Part shown: positions 54,610 to 64,000 of the stretch, one piece after another
Numbering within the stretch: position 1 is the stretch's first letter
Layout: every line of letters begins with the position of its first letter
Assembly: GCA_964016885.1 (NCBI GenBank)
Contig: OZ024741.1
Span: 158,038,001-158,102,000, forward strand
DNA: 64,000 nucleotides
Direction of reading: 5' to 3'
Source of the DNA: Eledone cirrhosa
Lineage: Eukaryota
Position numbers and translations under genes: made by a program
Notes under the pieces: generated by a model
Told to the model about the DNA's origin: nothing
Database searches by the model: none
The model's input: the letters and a program-made list of their open reading frames with translations, nothing else

Positions 54610-55869
54610 GTGTGTATGTGTTTGTGTATTTGACGGACAGACAGACGGAGAAACAGCTTTTCTTTTATATTATAGATTAGTCTTTATCGTCGTCTAATTT
54701 TATATTTTGTTTCTGATATATTTATTTATTTATTTATTTTGTACATGCCTGGGATAGATGAGGGGTTGATGATTCAATGAAGGAGGCCGATGGTTTAAAA
54801 AATCTGATCTAGTTTGTCTCTCTCTGCACATATTTTACATGCTGCTTACCGATTCATTTACTTACTTATTTATTTTTGTATATACCTGGGGTTGAAATTC
54901 TGTGAAAGAGCCAGTAGTCTAAAGAGTTTCAATATCCCTGACCTAGTCAATCAGGGTTTTGATGCCAAACAACTCAAGACTGCCCTTGGTTCTAGAATAT
55001 AAAATTATTTATTTTAAAATGTTTATATTCAAAATTTTATGTAAGAACCTTTATGTTCCAAACACCAAGTAAATAATTGTTTCTAGAGATTTATCTCCCT
55101 CAAACGAGAAGAGGGTTATCCTGTCTGGGCATTTACCATCACCATGTTTGAGATTAGTAGGTTCCAGATGTGATGGGAAACTGGCTGCACCAAAGTTCTT
55201 TGTAAGTGTGTAACTATATGTATGCATGTAGGCAGCAAATTGGCAGGGTTAAAATGTCGGATAGAATGCTTTATGGTATCGTTCTGGCTCTCTGCTCTCT
55301 GAGTGCAAATCCCACTCAGCTCAACTTTGCCTTTCATCCTTCCAAGGTTGATAAAAAAGTACCAGTCTAATACTGAGGTCGATTCTTCTTCTGTATCTCC
55401 TTCTTATTTCCTCTCTATCACTTTCTATCTTTCTATAGAAGAAATCTGCTGTACTCAGGCCTGGAGAGACATGGGCACCACCAGGCTTAAAATGCCCAAG
55501 AAACGTTGTATGTTAATATGGTACCTCTATGACTGTATCAGGAGTTACAGGACCATAAATACATACATATGTGCATGTATGTTTTCTTGTCTCTCTCTCT
55601 CTCTGTCTGTATGTATATGTGTATGTAATGTGTGTATAGTCTCGGCATGTATTTGTGTATGTAAGTCTGTGTGTGTATATACTTTAAAAGTTTATGTAGA
55701 TCTGTAGGGCTATCTTTGTATGTATGTTGTGTGTGTGCATGTAGATTTGTATTCTAAAGAAGCTCCCCATTTAAAATGTTAGTAACTTTATTGATTATTG
55801 GTTGATTTTCATAAAACATATTTTATTTTGAACAGTATAATGGTAGAAGTACAGTGCAGTGTTAAAATT

Positions 55870-56169
55870 CTATATAAACACCAGCGTTGTCCACCAGTAT
55901 TTGCAATTGAGTCAGAGTTTTGAGCTATAAACATCGTCCTTCATCTACCCCCCACAGGAAAAAAAAATCGCATGGCATTAAGTCAGGGCTTCTTGCTGCC
56001 CATTCATGAGGACCTCAACAACCCAGCCAACGTCCTGGAAATTGAATACGAGTAAAATTGGGGGCCCCATCTTGCATGAATATGAGGTTATTGATATTGT
56101 TGCAAGTGACCACTGTAGGCCAAACATCTTCTTGCAGCTTGATTAGGAAGTTTCATTCCACCCACCCTG
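55870..56169 (-). mobile_element. Tc1/mariner transposase fragment
   Basis: Reverse strand reads FMQDGAP..FPGRW.G..W.ARSPDL.PCDFFLWG. End TA|CAGGGTG. Confidence 0.75.
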
Positions 56170-56679
56170 TATGTATGTGTAAGTAATTTATGTTTGTGTG
56201 TGGATCTGGTTGTATATTGTATGTCTTGGTGTGTGTTTGCAGATATGTAAATATGTGGAAGTTTGTAAGTACAAATGTTTGTGTATGAGGGGGATTAATT
56301 GTTAGTATGCACTTCTGTAGACTGTTATTTAGCCCTAGGTCAAATCGCATTGAGCAGACATATGATCAAAAGTGTTGCAGCTATGGCTATCCCAACCTAC
56401 ATTATCCAACTTAAATTTTTTTTAATGTGATCGGGTTTTATATGAGGGAGATTTGGCTGTTATTACTATTACTAGCAAGTTGAGCGACCGCGTAGAGGTG
56501 GTTGTATTTGTGTGTGCACTTGCATAACAATAGCAGCAGTCGCAGCAAAACAACATCAACATCACCGCCGCCACTAATAATAATATCAGCAGACATCAGT
56601 GTCTGTATACAGACACACACACATATATATATGTATGTATATACACACACACACGTGTGTGTATATATATATATTTATT

Positions 56680-56714
<35 letters not shown>

Positions 56715-56768
56715 ATACACGCACATATATATGCTGGCTGCTGAGGTTGCGAATGTGTGGTTACTAGT

Positions 56769-56785
56769 GATGGCGGACCGGAAGT
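56769..56785 (+). promoter_or_regulatory. Adjacent YY1-like (GATGGCGG) and ETS (ACCGGAAGT) motifs, candidate core promoter
   Basis: gatggcggaccggaagt in non-TE sequence. Confidence 0.35.
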
Positions 56786-58504
56786 AGGTAGAGTGAGTAG
56801 GAGGGTGGAGTACGGTTCCTTTTTCTCACTCTTAAGTTGATTGTGGTTGGTGTTGTAGTTCTTGTTTTTTTTATTGGTAATTTAGCCAGCAGCTCACACA
56901 CCTTGCCTCTCCTCTTTCTCTCTATCACATTACCTGCAATAACAACGGCATAAAGCAACAATAAAAACAACAATGTTTATTTAATATATATATACATGTG
57001 TGTGTGTACTGTAGTACTGAAACGAAATTACATTACCAACAATATTTATTCGAGAGAGAAAGAGAGGGTGGTGGAGAATGAAAAGAGAATAACTGAGTAG
57101 AAACGAACATAGTGAGATAATTAACGAAAGAGTAAGACAGAGAGTGAGAGTGGAAAAGACTGATAGAGAAAAATGATATAGCGCAAAAAGACTTGAAAAA
57201 ATATAGATAGATTAGACTAAAGAGAGAGTATTGCATTGGAGAGAGAAGAGATTGCACCGGGGAGAGTGAGAGAAGGAGAGATAAGAGGGAGAGTTTCGTT
57301 TACCAGTAAAATATGATGCTAACTAATTGTAAAGTGCATTGCGGTGGAGTAGGTGGTCGAATATGAGAAACGTACCATGAATGATGAACAAGTTATGGAC
57401 TCTGGACATCACGAAAATCAGGTAGGAGAAGATATATAAATCTATACATACAGACATGGTGTATCTGATTGATGTGCACCTTTATGTATTACATATACAT
57501 ACATGTGTTGTGTGTGTGTATGTATAATATATATATATATATATATATATAAACTAATTGAAGATGTTCTTGTTGACTCTGACTAACACCTATCCTAATT
57601 ATTTACTGCCGTACTATTTGTTTACTCTTTAGACTAACCTGTCAAATAGACTCTTGTAGAATATATATATATATAATGCACACTGAGACAGCGTGTTTGT
57701 GGATAAGCTGTAAATAATATTTGCATAGTGCAGCTAAATGTATGTTTATTAAACATACGCATGTAAATATATTTACAACTTAGTTCACCCTCCCACTATT
57801 AAATACACACACACATACATAGAAAGATATAATAGAGCGTGAGCAAGGATTTTACTGTTTGTCTTTTTTTTTGTATGTTTGTCATTGTAGAAGCATGTGT
57901 CAGAAGAATAAAATTAAGTTTATTCTTCTGACATAATCTTTACTATTTTTGCATAATAATACTTTCTTTATATAAATGATAATTTCCTATTTATACACAC
58001 ACACACACATATATATAAATATAAACACACACATACAGGTAGTCCTCTTACATTGTGGTAATGAAGCTTCTTCCTCCAGTGTCGAGAATTACTTGACAAA
58101 CTGTTGATACATTCAGTCATGTCTTTCAGTTCCACCACTTCCATAACACTTTTTTTGCACTGTTTATTGTGTCTGCATATTTTTTTTATTTTTACACTAA
58201 CCTTGCTCTTCTTCTTGGCTATACACATACACACCTGTCTCTGAATATACATTTTTTTTTTTTTTACTGGTTTCATTTATTAAACTGCGGCTTTGCTGGG
58301 GCGCCGCCTTCAAGGGTTTTTAGATAATTAAATATTTACGGTATATTTCTATCTATTTTATTGTCTAACTCTTTCTCTCTTTACCTTTCTACCCACCTAC
58401 TTTTGTTTTCTTTATCTCATTGCTATCTCTCTATACCTATGTATCTCTCTATCTGGTTGCATCTCTTTCTTTCTCTCCCCCTCTCTCTCATATATATATA
58501 TATA

Positions 58505-58710
58505 GGAACGAGTAGGACCCCGACGGCTGAGCTCAAGCCGTTTCGACGGCTAATTCTGGACTAAATCTTTTAGTCCAGAATTAGCCGTCGAAACGGCTTG
58601 AGCTCAGCCGTCGGGGTCCTACTCGTTCCTATTACCCACTCTACTACCTTAAGTATTGAGTACTTTGGTGCGTTATGGTCCATCTGGTTCCTTACCACAT
58701 TTCCTTCGTT
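58505..58710 (+). mobile_element. Palindromic cassette in (TA)n, second copy of the 7481 family
   Basis: Same arms with a different centre (taaatctttta). Intact HHR 3' half GAAA-CGGC..GCCG-T-C. Confidence 0.7.
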
Positions 58711-59388
58711 ATATATATATATATATATAAATAATTTCAAAGTAGTTCCGTTTTTTACGCACTATCAAGCACCATTTGATAATTTTACTGATTTGCGTGC
58801 ATAAACGTCACAATATTCTATCCTCTGTTCCCCAAATATTAGAGGTTCCTTGCCTCTCTCTTCAACATACTCTGTCACTTATGAGTTTGTTTTTAAACAA
58901 ACCTTTGCTCTGTGTGTTTCTGTTTAACCTATGTAGAAACATAAACGTACATATACCCCTTAAAAGATGGGATAGTCACGCCTGGAAGACCTTTGTCAAT
59001 AGGTCTGCTCATTCAGGATCGACTGGGAGGGGGGGGGGGGTATGATAACAACAATACACGCATAGATATTCAGCTTGTAATAATAAACGGTCCCTTGCAA
59101 CACTTATTTATTCAGAATCCCAACTCCCTCTCTCTCTCTATATATATATCTATTTATCTGTCTATCTCTACATTATATAAATACATATACATATATATAT
59201 TATATTATACATATTATATAAATACATATATATATATATATTATATATATACACACATATATATAAATATGTACATATATATAGAAAGAGAGGGAGATAA
59301 AATCCCGACCGCGGCGGTAAACAGTTTCGGCTTGTGTGATTAGTGATCTTCCTAATCACAACATCGCAGTCTCTCTCTCTCTCTCTCT

Positions 59389-59430
<42 letters not shown>

Positions 59431-59813
59431 CGAAGGAAGTGTGGATCATAACGAACCAGAGTACTCAATACTGATATATCCCAGTTTGGTCAGTTCACTC
59501 AAGATGTTTACAAGTAGAATTCACTGGGCAGTATTGGGAAACTGTTTTATTAGCTCTTCGTTCTAGTCTTATCTACCTCATTGTCTCTCTCTGTCTCTCT
59601 TACCAATCCAATATATCTATAAATTGATATGATCAATACCACTATCATATATACAATAATAGGCTTATATATATATAAGCTTTCTTTGATAAAAACTCAG
59701 TTAAATCATCGTCAACGTTTTAAAAATAATTATTTGACCATACGCTATATATATATATATATAATTATTATTATTATGTAATAAACAACATAAGGCAATT
59801 ATCCTCAGGATTT

Positions 59814-59871
59814 TTCATTCTGAGGATTGAAAGCAAAACCTTTTGCTTTTAAGAAACCACTGGTAAATGGA
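59814..59871 (+). ncRNA. Type I hammerhead ribozyme
   Basis: ttcatt-CTGAGGA-ttgaaagcaaaa(cc)ttttgcttttaa-GAAA-CCACTGG-T-A-aatgga, GUA triplet. Flanked by ~41-bp inverted repeats 59761-59801/59872-59912 in (TA)n. Confidence 0.85.
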
Positions 59872-62739
59872 ATAATTGCCTTATGTTGTTTATTACATAA
59901 TAATAATAATTAAGCTCTGTTGCTTACATAGAGCACTCTTTTTTCCTGGACTTTTCCGATGGAATTACTTCATTCACACATATATATATATATATATATA
60001 TATCACATAAGAAACGGAGAATCAGTGCTGCGACGAATAAGATTTATTAGAGAAATCTTATTCGTCGCACCACTGATTCTCCGTTTCTTATCTGATATAT
60101 ATATATATATATATGAGAGAGAGAAGGGGGGTTATTATTGAGTAGGAAGCCCGACAGTCAAAAGGGTTTAAGGTGCAAAACATTTGTATGGGGAGAGCTT
60201 CTCTGAAGACTTGCTGTCCAGCTCTCTCTCGAGAGAGAGTTTCTTACTACTTAATGCTGGAGTACAAAGTTGAATGTTGAATAATGGTCTTACTAGTCAA
60301 AACTAGTAACACATCTCTCTCTCTCTCTCTCTATTGTTATATTTGGGGAGGGTCATATTGTTATAATATTGCCAGAAATAATAATAAAACCAATCCAAAC
60401 CAAACAGTGAGTGTGTTTTATTATTATTTCTGGCTATATTATAACAATATAACCCTCTCCAAATATAATATTTGTTTCAACACACGATTTTATATCAAAA
60501 ATGTTGCAAAACAAATATATATATATATGTATATTTGTGTGATATGAATATTTGTGACAGGTGGCGATATCTACACGTTCAGACGCGCGCACACAAGTGC
60601 GTGTATAATATACTTGTGTTAAAAGTGAGAATGTCTACACATGTATGTGCTTGTGAGTATGTATATGTTAGTATATATGATGAATGTATCTATGTATGGA
60701 TGACTATCCACATGTTCTTTGTGAAAGCCTCTTATAACCAGCTGATACTTTCCCTTGGCCAACGGCACTCATTCAATTCTTCAGTGCTGTCATTCTTAGG
60801 GAATGTATCTAACTAGAGTTCCAAAGTTCTAGAAGACATTAACCTTAACACCCCGCTCCTATACACTACCCATTGGCCCTTTCTAGATTCTTCTTCTTCT
60901 ATTGTCATTTATGGCTGTAATGATGCACACATACGCAAGTATGCGCGCTCGCGAGACAAACAAGATGTGTTTAACATTGAATGGCTATATATACAATCTG
61001 TGAATGTGTTCCATAGCTGAAGGGGAATTATGGAGTAAATAAACTGAATAGGAACGATAATACAATTACTATATTGGAATACCTATTCGTTAATTACGTC
61101 TGTTAGAGAGAAACGAGCTGTTGCATGTATAGATGGAAGGAAGAATGTTTTCTTTGTGGGGGTGGGGGGTAGTAGTGACCAGAAGTAAAACGTAAGGTTT
61201 ATAGGCAGGTAGACTATGTCGCAGGTATAGGTTAGTTGTTAGGGTACTGGGTTCACGATGGTAAGTTTGTGAGTTTGATTCCTGGCTATGGCAGCACATT
61301 GTGTCCTTGAGCAAGGCACTTTATTTATATGTTGCTCCAGTCCTCTCAGCTGGCAAAAATGTGCTGTACCTGTAAGTCAAGCAGCCAGCTTTGTCACATA
61401 TGTGTTATGCTGAATCTCACCAGAGAACTATGTTAGTAGAATTAGAATGCTCAACTGCTTGCAGTTTAATTTAACAAGCAGACTGTTCCATTTATTGAAT
61501 CAACTGGAGCACTTGTCAGAAATGATGGTCCAGTAACAACAGGAGGAGAGGATACTGAGAAAAATAGATAGGTAGATACAGAGAAAGAGAAGGGTATTTT
61601 GCACATTTTGAAGATTTTGCACATTGCCAGTGTCTACTTTCAAGTAGAAAAAACATGGTTCCTTTTCACCTTACCATAATCATCAGATCATGCGAAGACA
61701 AATTATTTAAAAAATACCTTTTTATAATGTTTTTCTCAGTTTGGCTGTTTGTAAATTGTACATCAAGAAGAATTTGAACTGAATTTGACAACACATATAT
61801 TATAGGTGTTTAGATTAAATTGATCTGAACATGACTGGTACTTTTTTTTATTTTTTAACAAACTGCAGGAAAGTCAAACTGCAGTACTGCCGCATTCTTA
61901 ATTATTTTGATTCAGAGAATTGGTTCCCAAACATATTTTGTCATGGAACCCTTACCTGTATTTTACAGACAATACCCACCACCCTAATTTTAATAAGACA
62001 TTAAATGAAACAAAAAATATTATATACAGAGAATTTATTCATTTAAAAAAAGCTTGGTAAAATTTTTATTAAATTTTATTAAGAGATATGTGTGTGAATA
62101 AGATGAACCAAGTTCATGGATGATGAATTTAAATTTATTGGATTTACATATTTCATTGTATACACTAGGTTTTAGGAGCCTCAATTTTTTTTACTTAGTA
62201 GGTCTGGAGTTCCGTTGATGTTTTGTTTAAATTGTTCATTTCTTTGAGAAAAAGACAAGCAAAGAAGGAGTTCCAGAGGGCCAACGTTTTAGGAAGAAGG
62301 ACTGGGCAAAGCTGTAAGTGTGTGGTCTGGGGGTTGGAAAGGAAATGGGTGAGATGAGAGTGCCCAAGTGGAGGTGACATCAGCGCAGCAAACTCTAAGA
62401 AATAGAGACCATTGTAGTAATGTTAAGAGACAGAAAGAGGGGACAGCATGTATGTGGGCTAGAGGCTGGAAAGTGTTAGTTATTTTCATTAACACTTTCA
62501 TTATCATATTTCTAATGAGACACTGCCTATGATTTACACATCATTTTGGAAATAAAAAAGATATGGTTTTTCTAGATATGGTCTAGGAAGCTGGTATGAG
62601 TAACAACAGCACCATCCTAGATGTGGGAGCTTTACACGATTGTGAGTCTCACTATAGTACTATATGCTATGGATCTACAGATCAGATGGATAGAACCTAT
62701 AAATGGATAGTTTTGAGAGTGGATTTGCATGCTAGAAAT

Positions 62740-63140
62740 GGTTGAAGGGCGGCATCATTGTTTTCAAAACATTTCTCTCACTCGTACAGCATTCTGACTG
62801 GGTACTGAAACAACTGCTGGACTGTTTGAACATGAATATGATATATTTTGACTTTGTGAAGGCCTTCAACAAGGTTGATCATGGAATGATATGTTACAAA
62901 CTACATAGCTTTGGCATAGCGGGAAAACTAGATGAATGACTGCATGACTTCTTAAAAGACAGAAGACAGACTGTTGCAACCAATGGGGCCCTCTCAAAAG
63001 AAACATCAATAACAAGTGGCATGCCCCAGGGAACTGTCTTGGGGCCATGACTGTCTGTAGTGGCCATGACTGTCTGTAGTGGCTCTCTCAGACATGTCGC
63101 CTGTAATACAGACAGCCTCCCTTACTAGCTATGTTGATAC
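62740..63140 (+). mobile_element. CR1-like RT fragment
   Basis: YFDFVKAFNKVDHG and SGMPQGTVLGP motifs. Confidence 0.7.
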
Positions 63141-63189
63141 TAGAACTCATCTCTTGTGATGCTAAACTCTGCCAGATGCAGACTGCGCA

Positions 63190-64000
63190 TTAATGTGATA
63201 TCCCTTTACACAAAGTTTGATCACCAGCAGCAGAGTTCAAAGATCAAGTCTAGCCCATGATTTGACATTGTCAAGCCATCGTTTTGGCTGCCGGCCTCTG
63301 TTTCTCTTACCAGCCAAGCTTCCTTCCAGGCATAACCTACTCACACCATGAGTTGATCTTTTTATATGGCTGTATAGTTTGAGTGCTCTTGACAATTGAT
63401 GTAATTGGGCTAAGTTTGGTAATGTTGAGCAGCTCACTGATACAGATACAGTCGCTGAGCTGCTTGCCAGTCATAAGTCTCATATGTGGTACTGGAATGT
63501 AGAGAGCTTTTGAAGTGACCTTGTCGTCCAATTAACACAGTCAAGACCATATAACACAACTGGTTGGATGTAAGTATCAAAGATCTTAGCCTTCAAAAGC
63601 TTTTGACAATGTGAAACTATGCAGCTTGTGGCAACTCTTAAACAAGACCTCAATTAACAAAACATACATCAACCTATTGAAAGAAACTTACACCAACTCA
63701 ACAGCATGTATCAAAACAGACTTGGGAACTACACGGTGTATAGACATCTTGAAGGGAGTTAAGCAGGGGGATGTACTATCAGAACTTCTTCTCTGTATAG
63801 TTATAGCTGCACTTATTTACCAAAGTGAAGAAGAATGCTTCTCTGGCTATCAAATAGGAGGTAAAATCCTATCAAATCTCAGCTATTCAGATGATCTGGC
63901 CATCATGAGTTACTCTAGAACTGATCTGCAAGACTTTCTGAATATATTGGCCAAACATTCGCTGGAGGCTGTCTTACACATCAACATTTACAAAACAAAA
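63190..64000. mobile_element. RTE-like fragments (3' part on -, RT part on +)
   Basis: GKRNRGRQPKRWLD on the - strand. GVKQGDVLS and LSYSDD on the + strand. Confidence 0.65.

Noticed and set aside
57968-58276. Possible exon(s) on the - strand
   Set aside because: No recognisable protein similarity and weak splice signals.

Overview
AT-rich, repeat-saturated animal genomic DNA. The SINE/RTE/microsatellite make-up suggests a cephalopod such as Octopus, but this is inference. No intact host protein-coding gene is supported, and most listed ORFs are microsatellite artefacts or decayed transposon coding fragments: two Chapaev3-like DNA transposons, RTE, CR1-group and CRE-like LINEs, a Penelope GIY-YIG fragment, hAT, Helitron, Tc1/mariner, solo LTRs, MITEs and SINEs. 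The most striking signal is a set of at least seven sequence-unrelated type I hammerhead ribozyme (HHR) motifs, folded by eye. Most sit in small non-coding cassettes in or beside (TA)n tracts and form long palindromes. Two cassettes share an [inverted piece][partial tandem tail][438- or 518-nt monomer] architecture, and one is a ~400-nt G-U-rich structured RNA. Together they look like a diverse population of non-autonomous Penelope-type, retrozyme-like elements. Also present are a 27-bp minisatellite of NRF1-type GCGCATGCGC sites, a 5x29-bp (145-bp) higher-order satellite and a candidate YY1/ETS promoter.
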